Below, in pieces: positions 19,359 to 27,472 of a stretch of DNA of 64,000 nt (positions are counted from its first letter, which is position 1; each line of letters begins with the position of its first letter). The DNA lies in IMG/VR virus record IMGVR_UViG_3300048919_000175, positions 1 through 64,000 of that record; one strand, given 5' to 3'. The stretch is from a virus. Position numbers and translations under genes: made by a program. Under the pieces are notes generated by a model. The model made no database searches, was not told the origin of the DNA, and was given only the letters and a program-made list of their open reading frames with translations.

Positions 19359-20218
19359 GCTATATCTTCAAGAATGGTATCGATGGTGCAGTGCCGGTCG
19401 GGGAACTTCCCTCCGATGGCTGCTGCCCGCCCGATATCTGCTCTATCGACCCTGACGGGCTGAAATGCTCGATGGTCAGCTTGCTGCCTTCCGGCCCGCT
19501 ATGGGACGAGACCAAGCAGCTCGGCGTTCAGAATTGCGATACGTGCGAGCCGTGCGAAGAGCCGTTCATGGACGAGCAATGCGCCAGCCTCGTCTTGCAT
19601 GCGCACTACAAAGGCGCGCTCCTCTATTACTATATCATGGCTATCCTCTGGCCAGCCCTGCGCGAGGCTAATCCGGCCACCGCATGGTCGACAATGGACG
19701 AATGGCTCGATAGGCTCGGATGGGCTGATTGCTACAACACCTATTGCCGCGACCCAGACTTGGGGCCAATCACGCCTTACGAGATCGTCACGGAATGCTC
19801 GGACCATGAATATTGCCCGCCGGTATTCGGAGAGGAACTAACCCGCATTTACAAGCGCGGAGTTATCCTCGCCCTCTGGCGCATGCGCCATGGTTCTGTT
19901 GAAAATCTTGCAGCGATCAATTTCATCATCTCGTCGCTATACGCCGAAGTGGTCCCCCAAACCGATGCTTTCGGTAAGGTCTGCTTGATCCTTCGACCCA
20001 CTCAGGATTATGCTCCGGTCGTGTTGCCGACGCCTTGTCCTGAAACTGAAAGCACTATACTCCAAGCACAAAAGCAGGTTAAACTCTACCTGACACCCGG
20101 AAACGGATTGTGCATTGGTGGCCCCGACAGAGCCTATCCGCTCGTGCTGGCAGCGCATTGCATCGTCCGTTCGCTGCTACCGATTTGCTGCAATATTTGT
20201 CTGAAGAGACAGCCATAA
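19355..20218 (+). CDS. Baseplate wedge protein (Mu gp48-like), very Cys-rich
   Basis: LLPSGPLW and REANPATA..TMDEW motifs. Confidence 0.8.
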   Translation: MSYIFKNGIDGAVPVGELPSDGCCPPDICSIDPDGLKCSMVSLLPSGPLWDETKQLGVQNCDTCEPCEEPFMDEQCASLVLHAHYKGALLYYYIMAILWPALREANPATAWSTMDEWLDRLGWADCYNTYCRDPDLGPITPYEIVTECSDHEYCPPVFGEELTRIYKRGVILALWRMRHGSVENLAAINFIISSLYAEVVPQTDAFGKVCLILRPTQDYAPVVLPTPCPETESTILQAQKQVKLYLTPGNGLCIGGPDRAYPLVLAAHCIVRSLLPICCNICLKRQP

Positions 20219-20227
20219 GAGGACACC

Positions 20228-21076
20228 ATGGCGGGCATTTTCCCACAAGCTGGAACGCAGGCCGAAAACGCTCAGAACGCGCAGGTCGGCGTCAAGACGG
20301 TTGCGAATTGCGACCCGCTATTCTATCGCACCAATTGCGCGGTGCGGTTCGATCCGGTCTCCACGAACGCGCTCATTTCTGAAATCGCCAATGCGGTTAA
20401 CGCAGCGGACAAGGACTATGATTGCTCGCGCCTGGACAACCTCGCGCTTGCGATCAAGGAGCTGGCCAACCTTTGCCGACTGGCAGGGGTGCAGGCCGAC
20501 GCAGACGATCTGATCGCAGGTTGCTATGACGGCCAGCAGGGACTTGCATCCGTTCGCCAGCTCCTTAATTTGGCACCGGCAATCTTCGACGTAGGACCGA
20601 TTACCGCCAACGACTATATCGGCTTCCTCGATAGCGAGACCGGTATCGACAAGAAGATCACATATCAGAACCTGAAGAACACTCTGTTCGAAGGCGGCGG
20701 CGGTGCGCCCATCATCATTCCGAATGGTCCGATTGTCAGTGCATTCGGCACCGACAAAGACGGCAATTTCAGCATGGCCGGACAAAATGCTGGTGTCGTT
20801 TATTGGCATACCGGGACCGGCGCTGACGTGCGCATCGGCGCGATCACACTTGTCGCGCCTAACGGTTTCGGCGGTTTGCAGCCGACCACTTGGGGTCAAG
20901 CGCAAGGATCGGCAGTCTCTGGCGGCGACCTGACTGGTATTTTCTCCATGGTGAGAAAGAACGGGTCGTGGTACGTCGTGCAGAACGGCGTCGGCATGTT
21001 GTGCGGCGGCGACGCTCTTGACTATTCGTTCCACGGTAGCGGCACTCTGTCGATTATGGCCGGACTTATCCTTTAG
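20228..21076 (+). CDS. Short tail fibre / baseplate-attached protein
   Basis: N-terminus paralogous to the next gene (M.GIFP, NAL.SEI.N, DC..LDNL). Confidence 0.65.
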   Translation: MAGIFPQAGTQAENAQNAQVGVKTVANCDPLFYRTNCAVRFDPVSTNALISEIANAVNAADKDYDCSRLDNLALAIKELANLCRLAGVQADADDLIAGCYDGQQGLASVRQLLNLAPAIFDVGPITANDYIGFLDSETGIDKKITYQNLKNTLFEGGGGAPIIIPNGPIVSAFGTDKDGNFSMAGQNAGVVYWHTGTGADVRIGAITLVAPNGFGGLQPTTWGQAQGSAVSGGDLTGIFSMVRKNGSWYVVQNGVGMLCGGDALDYSFHGSGTLSIMAGLIL

Positions 21077-21084
21077 GAGCTGAC

Positions 21085-23238
21085 ATGCCGGGAATTTTTC
21101 CTGATCCGTCCAAAGGCGGACTTATCGTCCGCAACCCGACAACCGGCCTGCCTATCGCACAGCCGAACGTATTCAACGCCGCCGTGCCACCGCTACCGTT
21201 CGGTCTCACGTGCGACCTCACTGCTATGCCGGAGGACTGCAATGTTCGTCCGTCCAATTCGCAGATCAATGCAATTGTCTCCGAAATCATCAATTTCTTC
21301 GTCGGCCTTTCGCCCGGTCGCGAATGGGATTGCACCGCACTCGATAACCTTCAGCTAGCCCTTGGGGACTTTGTCGCAAATCTTGCAGGCAGCGGGGAAG
21401 GATCGCTCGTTTGCTCCTCGGCCGTCGGCGATGGCTCTGAGGGCGGCGCGGCACTGCTTTACTGCGATGGCGCTATCGTCAAGAAGCTGCTGATCACGGG
21501 GGAAGGTTCGCTCAAGGAATTGGTCAGTGCGCAATTGTGCAGTGCTGAGGAACAAGCTCCGAACACCAATGACGACTATATGTTGTTCTGCCGGAACGGC
21601 GTCGTCAACAAGACTTCGGCCGTAACGTTCCAATGGTTCACAGGCGAATGGGTGCAGGGGCGCTCGTACACGACAAACCATATGGTGCGCAAGAACGGCA
21701 GGCTGTATTCGCCGAATGCTGCCATTCCGCCGAACACTCCTTTTGTGATCGGTACGTCCCTCGCGACGTGGTACGAAGTCAGCCCGAGCGGCGCTTCCCT
21801 GCCTTACGATCCGGCCAACGCTTACTCTGTTGATACGATCGTCAGCAAGGATGGAAAGTTCTATGCCGCCAACGATGATATTCCGGCCAATACGCCTTTC
21901 GTCGTCGGTACTACCGGCGCGACGTGGCGGGAAGTCAAGCTTAACGAGGCATTCATTAACGATTGGAACGCGTCGCTCTACTATGGCAAAAACTCCGTCG
22001 TCGTAAAGGATGGCGTTATCTGGCGTGCCAATCAGCCCACCGCGCCCGGCACATGGTCGGCTGCGCAGTGGGACCAGATCGGCGGCGAGCGCAACATCTA
22101 CCGTGGCCCATGGGCCATCGGCAATCCATACAATATCTTCGATCTCGTGCGGCGCAACAATCGCCTGTACGAAGCCAATGCGGCCATTCCGGCAAACACG
22201 CCATTTGTGATCGGCCAGACCGGTGCAACATGGCGTGAGGTTTCCCCGTCGATCGGTACTGAGTACGACAATGACAGCACGTATGTATCTGGCAATATTG
22301 TCAGCTATAATGGCCAGTTCTTCGTGGCCAACGGAGCCATTCCGGTCAACACTCCGCCAACGGGCAGCGGTCTCGGCCTTACGGGCGCGACATGGCGTCC
22401 ATTCAGCGTTTCGCAACTGATCCTCAAGCAGTACGTCGATACCGACGCGTATCTCGGTAACGAGCTGTTTGAATATCATACAGAAATTCCAGGACAGCGC
22501 GCCCTGTTCCGGACCGTTGCGGCAGGCAAGCAGCCTTCCATCTTCGGTTATCAATATGCAGACGTCATCGGCGAACGCAACAAGTTCCGCGACGACTGGT
22601 CTGTAGACGGCAACTACAAATCAGGCGACGTGGTCTTTGCGCCACCCGCCGCGAGCTTGTTCGCCTTTGCCTTGGTGCGCGCGAACTCCGACATGCCACC
22701 CGGCACTTCGTTTGTGATCGGCACGGGCGCGCTGCAATGGACGATCATCAATAGCTCCGACCTCTCGTCGCTGCTTTACGATCAGGCCAAAGCCTATGCT
22801 GCCGGTCAGCTGGTCATCACCCCTTGGGGCATCTTCCGCGCCAACAATGACATTCCCTCTGGTACTTCCTTCCACGAGGCCAATATCGGCGGCGTAACAT
22901 GGAAGTCGATGAACAAGCGACGCCCCACGCTGGCGATCGCCGACGCTTCGTCATTTGCGGTTGGGGATCACCTCGATCGGCACTTGGCATTCACCGCCGC
23001 AGGTGCTAAGACCTATACCATTAATGATCTCAATTTCCAGGATGGCGATATGCTCACGGGCTACTCCATCAATGGACAGCTGACTTTCGCATTCGGAAAT
23101 GGCAACGTCATGCACTCACCGGAGACATTTTCGCTGCGCAACGTAGACTACGCAACTTTCGTCATTCACTGCATCGGTCCCGGTGCAATCGGCAGCCCCA
23201 AGGAATTCGTCCTTTCGGGGGACCTTCTCGCAATCTGA
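21085..23238 (+). CDS. Tail fibre / receptor-binding protein with 8 CBM5/12-like repeats
   Basis: Repeats of W/Y...Y....V...G..Y.AN..IP..TPF..G..GATW. Confidence 0.75.
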   Translation: MPGIFPDPSKGGLIVRNPTTGLPIAQPNVFNAAVPPLPFGLTCDLTAMPEDCNVRPSNSQINAIVSEIINFFVGLSPGREWDCTALDNLQLALGDFVANLAGSGEGSLVCSSAVGDGSEGGAALLYCDGAIVKKLLITGEGSLKELVSAQLCSAEEQAPNTNDDYMLFCRNGVVNKTSAVTFQWFTGEWVQGRSYTTNHMVRKNGRLYSPNAAIPPNTPFVIGTSLATWYEVSPSGASLPYDPANAYSVDTIVSKDGKFYAANDDIPANTPFVVGTTGATWREVKLNEAFINDWNASLYYGKNSVVVKDGVIWRANQPTAPGTWSAAQWDQIGGERNIYRGPWAIGNPYNIFDLVRRNNRLYEANAAIPANTPFVIGQTGATWREVSPSIGTEYDNDSTYVSGNIVSYNGQFFVANGAIPVNTPPTGSGLGLTGATWRPFSVSQLILKQYVDTDAYLGNELFEYHTEIPGQRALFRTVAAGKQPSIFGYQYADVIGERNKFRDDWSVDGNYKSGDVVFAPPAASLFAFALVRANSDMPPGTSFVIGTGALQWTIINSSDLSSLLYDQAKAYAAGQLVITPWGIFRANNDIPSGTSFHEANIGGVTWKSMNKRRPTLAIADASSFAVGDHLDRHLAFTAAGAKTYTINDLNFQDGDMLTGYSINGQLTFAFGNGNVMHSPETFSLRNVDYATFVIHCIGPGAIGSPKEFVLSGDLLAI

Positions 23239-23245
23239 GGTTACT

Positions 23246-24355
23246 ATGTCTCTTTCGGCACAAGAGCAGCTTCTCGTCGGTAAGTATGCATCGCAGCGTG
23301 GAGTATCCCTCAACGCCTGCCTTGCATTCATGAAGGTCGAGACCGGCATGCAGACTGGCACCATTATCAATGGTGTCTTGAAAGCAATCATCCGTTGGGA
23401 AGGCCATTATTTCGATCGGCTTATCCCTCCTGCCCTGCAAGCGAAAGCCCGTGCGCTCAAGCTGGCCAGCCCCAAGGTTGGCGGCATTGCTAACCCGGCT
23501 TCACAAGTGGCACGATACCTGATCCTAGACGAGGGCAAGAAGCTCGACGTCACTGCCGCCATTAGCTCCTGCTCGTGGGGCGTTGGTCAAGTCATGGGCG
23601 CGCACTGGAAGAAGCTCGGCTTCCCTTCCGCCGAAGAATTTGAACGCACGGCTCAGTCTGGCTTTAGCGGGCAGCTTGCCATCATGTTCGCGTTCATGGA
23701 CGTGAGCGGCGTGATCCAGCATCTGCGCCGCCTTGATTGGTCGGCCGTTGCGCGCATCTGGAACGGTGCAGCCTACGCCAAGAACAAATACGACGTAAAG
23801 ATGAAGGAAGCCTATGAAGCGCTGGAAGGTGCCAAGGCTCCGGCTCCGGCGTCGGCTGGCATGATCCGCGTCGGCTCCAAGGGCGCAAAGGTCCGCGAGC
23901 TACAGGGCTTGCTGGTCCGCGCTGGCTATGCGGTCACGGTGGATGGCGACTACGGCGGCTCTACAGAGCGCGCAGTGCGTTCGTTCCAAGCAAGAAATCA
24001 CCTCGACGTTGACGGCGTTGCCGGGCCGCAAACCATGCAACTCCTCGCGACGTTCAAGTCTGCACCAGAGGAGAAAGTCGGTCAGCTCAAGCCGCTCGAC
24101 ACTCCGGAAGTCAAGCAGGGTCTGTTCTCCGCTATCGGCGCGGCAGGCGGCACGGGCGCGGTCAAGTCGACCATCGACCAAGCCAAGGATCAGCTCACGC
24201 CATATGTCGGCAATGCCTTTGTCGACAATATCATGACGTACCTGACCGTTGCTGGTGTCGTCGTGCTTATGGGCGGTCTGGCCTATGCCGGTTACGGTCT
24301 CTGGAAAAAGCGGCACTCCTCGTTGGGGATCGAAGACAAGGTTGCAATGGCATGA
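23246..24355 (+). CDS. Endolysin: N-acetylmuramidase (DUF3380-like) plus peptidoglycan-binding domain plus C-terminal TM segment
   Basis: VETG, SCSWGVGQVMG, DW..VAR.WNG, VDGDYG..T..AV..FQ....L.VDG.AGP.T, hydrophobic C-terminus. Confidence 0.9.
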   Translation: MSLSAQEQLLVGKYASQRGVSLNACLAFMKVETGMQTGTIINGVLKAIIRWEGHYFDRLIPPALQAKARALKLASPKVGGIANPASQVARYLILDEGKKLDVTAAISSCSWGVGQVMGAHWKKLGFPSAEEFERTAQSGFSGQLAIMFAFMDVSGVIQHLRRLDWSAVARIWNGAAYAKNKYDVKMKEAYEALEGAKAPAPASAGMIRVGSKGAKVRELQGLLVRAGYAVTVDGDYGGSTERAVRSFQARNHLDVDGVAGPQTMQLLATFKSAPEEKVGQLKPLDTPEVKQGLFSAIGAAGGTGAVKSTIDQAKDQLTPYVGNAFVDNIMTYLTVAGVVVLMGGLAYAGYGLWKKRHSSLGIEDKVAMA

Positions 24356-24600
24356 CCATTTCCAGCTACATAAAGATCGGCCTTGGTTTGTTCGCGTTGC
24401 TCATCATGGCTTACGTCATCCACAACGTATTCAACTACGGGCGCGACACAGCCCTTGAAGGTGTGAGGAAGAACAATGAACGTCTCGGCACGGAGGCTGA
24501 CAAGGCTGCTCTCGATTACGACGACTGCATGCGTGCTAACCGCATGTGGGACTGGCGGAACAATCGATGTGGCGGCAATGCGCCGAACGGTGGGAACTGA
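24352..24600 (+). CDS. i-spanin (Rz-like)
   Basis: N-terminal TM helix, follows the endolysin. Confidence 0.7.
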   Translation: MTISSYIKIGLGLFALLIMAYVIHNVFNYGRDTALEGVRKNNERLGTEADKAALDYDDCMRANRMWDWRNNRCGGNAPNGGN

Positions 24601-24742
24601 CCTGATTGGGGTCAAGGGAGCTACCGTTGAAGATCAAAATAACATTAACAGAACTGTGGTCCGCCTTGGTGCAGCAAAGATATATACCGCTGGAGAGCTC
24701 GCTGCCCATGGCGAGCGCCTTGCTGCCCGGCAGGCAAAATAA
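24476..24742 (+). CDS. o-spanin lipoprotein (Rz1-like)
   Basis: Overlaps the i-spanin in another frame, lipobox LTAC. Confidence 0.75.
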   Translation: MNVSARRLTRLLSITTTACVLTACGTGGTIDVAAMRRTVGTDLIGVKGATVEDQNNINRTVVRLGAAKIYTAGELAAHGERLAARQAK

Positions 24743-24773
24743 AGAGGCCCTAGAATTAAAATCTAGGGCCTCT
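24743..24773. terminator. Bidirectional terminator between convergent late and replication units
   Basis: AGAGGCCCTAGA/TCTAGGGCCTCT perfect inverted repeat. Confidence 0.75.
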
Positions 24774-24818
24774 GGAAGCGTTTCTAGCCATGGCGGCTAG
24801 GGTAGTAGCCTAGCGGCC

Positions 24819-25211
24819 TTACTGCTTGCCCTTGGCCAACTGTGCGCCGTGCGCATGGGCCAAGCCCTGGAGCGCCAGAACGGTCGAATGGTGCTGCAAC
24901 TGGCCGAGCTCGGTCATGTGGTGATAGAGGTCGGCATAAGCCTGCTCGATCTCGCGAGAAATCTTCTGCACGAGAGCCTGCTTGTCCTTGATGGCTGCGT
25001 CGATCTGCACCTTCTCGTTCATGGTATTCTCCATGGTTTTCATGGAAATGTCTGCCGGGGTCACAGGGACCTTCGTCATTACCGGCTGCGTGACCGGGCG
25101 TTGCGATGGCGGAATGGTGTTCGCCTTCGCTTCACGCGCATCAGCCGCAGCCAATACTTCGCGAATACCGCCGTCCAATGTTTCGCCGACCTTCTCTGGA
25201 ATTGCATTCAT
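24819..25211 (-). CDS. Hypothetical coiled-coil protein
   Basis: AGGAG RBS, helical sequence. Confidence 0.65.
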   Translation of the reverse strand: MNAIPEKVGETLDGGIREVLAAADAREAKANTIPPSQRPVTQPVMTKVPVTPADISMKTMENTMNEKVQIDAAIKDKQALVQKISREIEQAYADLYHHMTELGQLQHHSTVLALQGLAHAHGAQLAKGKQ

Positions 25212-25240
25212 GTTACGCTCCTGTTTGATTTTCGTTATAG

Positions 25241-25405
25241 TTACGCTGCGACCTTTTCACGCTTTACTGTCACAACGATGATCTGCTGGCCCGCAAACAT
25301 CTTGCGGACCTCATTTGCAGCAGATTGGGGATCGGAAGCGAGGACCGATCTATAGTCGATCACGCCGCTTGCGCGATGTTCGAATTTTACTTTGAATTTG
25401 ACCAC
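25241..25405 (-). CDS. 54-aa hypothetical protein (not in ORF track)
   Basis: GTG start abuts the upstream stop. MVKFKVKFEHRASG...KREKVAA fills the gap. Confidence 0.5.
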   Translation of the reverse strand: MVKFKVKFEHRASGVIDYRSVLASDPQSAANEVRKMFAGQQIIVVTVKREKVAA

Positions 25406-25714
25406 TTATGCTGGCTCCCTCGCCCACGACCCAACGAGCTTGGCATAGTCCCCGCGAATTGTAAAGGCCAGTTTATTACCCCTTCCAATCATATGGTTAC
25501 TAGAGAGGGTTAACTGCACATATGTCATTTTACGCTCAAGGTCACGCAGGCATGCGCCCACGCCCGAACGGAAGTTGATCAACGTGTCGTCGGGGTCGAG
25601 CTCGGCTTTCACCAGCTCGCAAATCTCGTCCAGCTCGATCACGGTTTTGCCCTGTTTCTGCAGGGACGCGATCGCTTCCAGGATTACCATTTGCTTATTA
25701 GAAAATCGTAGCAT
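25406..25714 (-). CDS. Putative winged-helix DNA-binding protein
   Basis: FSNKQMVILEAI...ELDEICE pattern, overlaps the helicase stop. Confidence 0.5.
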   Translation of the reverse strand: MLRFSNKQMVILEAIASLQKQGKTVIELDEICELVKAELDPDDTLINFRSGVGACLRDLERKMTYVQLTLSSNHMIGRGNKLAFTIRGDYAKLVGSWAREPA

Positions 25715-27464
25715 TGCCTGCCTCGTGTAGCATCTTGCGAATATCATCAAGCACCAAGGTTGAGAACTCTTTCTTCTGGCGCAAGTTAGCCAGAATACCA
25801 GTATCAACGGTGCGGCTTGCGATTAGATCGAGGAAGTGGCAGGCCTCCTTCGTCCCAATGCGGTGAATGCGGTCCTCACTCTGCCAGCGGTGCACGGCAT
25901 TGAAGGAGTTAGAGTAATAGATTGCATGGGTGCAAAGCCCCTGCAGATTAAGTCCAGTCCCACCAGCGGCAGGGTTGGAAATTAGAATATCCTTACCTGA
26001 GTTAGCGTCGAGGAACAAGCGTTTATTAATCGCACGCTGGTCGTCGGGCGTAGGGCCAATGTAGTCGACGGCCCGCGCACCGAACTTGCGCATGAGGACA
26101 TTTGCGTCGTGCTGGAACCGGCACCAGATGATCTTCTTGCGCTCGAAGCCGATCAGCTCGTCCAGTTCCTCCACGAGCTCAAGCCTTGGGTTCTTCGTAA
26201 ACTCGTGCGTCGTGCCATCGTCCAGCTTCATGAAGCCACACGTAATCTGCTGGAGGCGCAGGATCATGGTAGCGGCATGCTCGACCGAAATCACGCGTTC
26301 GTTCAGCACGGTGTACTGTTCGCCAGTAACTTCGCTCGTGACAATTTCTTCCGCTTGATCAAGCCGATAGAGGAAATCCTCCTTAAGCTTTTCATAAGCA
26401 TCCCGCTGCTCGTTGGTCAGCTTGAACGCCTTGCGCTCATAGACCTTCTCCGGTAGGTCAAGCTCATCCTTGGTGGCACGGAAAGTCACCTTGTCAATGC
26501 GCTGGTAGAACTTTTCCAAGTTCTTATGGCCCATGACCTTCTTGCCTTCGAAGCCGCCCATGCGGCAGTAATCCTTGCGGAACGAAGACTTGTACTCTTC
26601 CCCAATTATGTCGGCATCAAGGAAGAAGAACTGACCCCAAACGTCCTCCAAGTTCTTGGTGATTGGGGTCCCGCTCAGGATCGATCGGTAAGCAATGAAC
26701 GGCTTCAGCTTGAGCAATGTCTGGGCGCGATTGGTCTCTGGGTCCTTGGCCTCTTGGCTCTCGTCAACAACGCCATAGACCCGGCCCTGGAATGCCCGCA
26801 GGAACTTGACGAAGGCGGCATAGCCTTTCTTATTCCAGATGGCATCCATGTTAATCGAAAATACGATAAGCTTATCCTTAACGCGGGTGAGCCGGTCGAT
26901 TGCTTCCAGCTCACGTTTGGTATTGCCGCCTTCCCACGCGAGCCCTACGTAAGGGATCGAGGAATGGATATGTTCGACGATCTGCTCATCGACCCACTGC
27001 TCATGGACGCCCTTCTTGGTGATTACAAACAGCACGTCAATTTCGTACTTGCACCAAAGGTAGACGGCCTTGTCGATCGTGACCTTAGTCTTGCCGGTGC
27101 CGGTCTCCATAAACAGGGCGGAGCATTCCAAGTCCTTGGTCATTGCAAACGCGCGGTCCTGATGATTGTAACCGGGCATGGCGGTCTGGAACGGCGGGCG
27201 TTCCTTACGATCAATCATCAAGAAATCGTTGTTGAGGTTTAGCACGCGGCTCTTCTGGCGCTCGTCCTCGAACTCGCATTCTTCAAAAATCTCCAGCCAA
27301 TTTTCGATATTTCGCTGGCTCGTCTCAAACCAATAAGTTTTGCCGTCCTTCAGGAACTTTTTGCGCCCTGAAACCTTTAGCAGAAAACGGGTCAGCCGTG
27401 TGCCGTAAACCTCACCCTTATCGATGGTGACGCGGCATCCTTCGTTCGTTGCTGTAAGCTTCAT
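25698..27464 (-). CDS. SNF2-family helicase
   Basis: METGTGKT, VDESQ, LSGTP, GGTGLNL, QSEDRIHRIG. Confidence 0.93.
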   Translation of the reverse strand: MKLTATNEGCRVTIDKGEVYGTRLTRFLLKVSGRKKFLKDGKTYWFETSQRNIENWLEIFEECEFEDERQKSRVLNLNNDFLMIDRKERPPFQTAMPGYNHQDRAFAMTKDLECSALFMETGTGKTKVTIDKAVYLWCKYEIDVLFVITKKGVHEQWVDEQIVEHIHSSIPYVGLAWEGGNTKRELEAIDRLTRVKDKLIVFSINMDAIWNKKGYAAFVKFLRAFQGRVYGVVDESQEAKDPETNRAQTLLKLKPFIAYRSILSGTPITKNLEDVWGQFFFLDADIIGEEYKSSFRKDYCRMGGFEGKKVMGHKNLEKFYQRIDKVTFRATKDELDLPEKVYERKAFKLTNEQRDAYEKLKEDFLYRLDQAEEIVTSEVTGEQYTVLNERVISVEHAATMILRLQQITCGFMKLDDGTTHEFTKNPRLELVEELDELIGFERKKIIWCRFQHDANVLMRKFGARAVDYIGPTPDDQRAINKRLFLDANSGKDILISNPAAGGTGLNLQGLCTHAIYYSNSFNAVHRWQSEDRIHRIGTKEACHFLDLIASRTVDTGILANLRQKKEFSTLVLDDIRKMLHEAGNATIF

Positions 27465-27472
27465 GTGATTTC

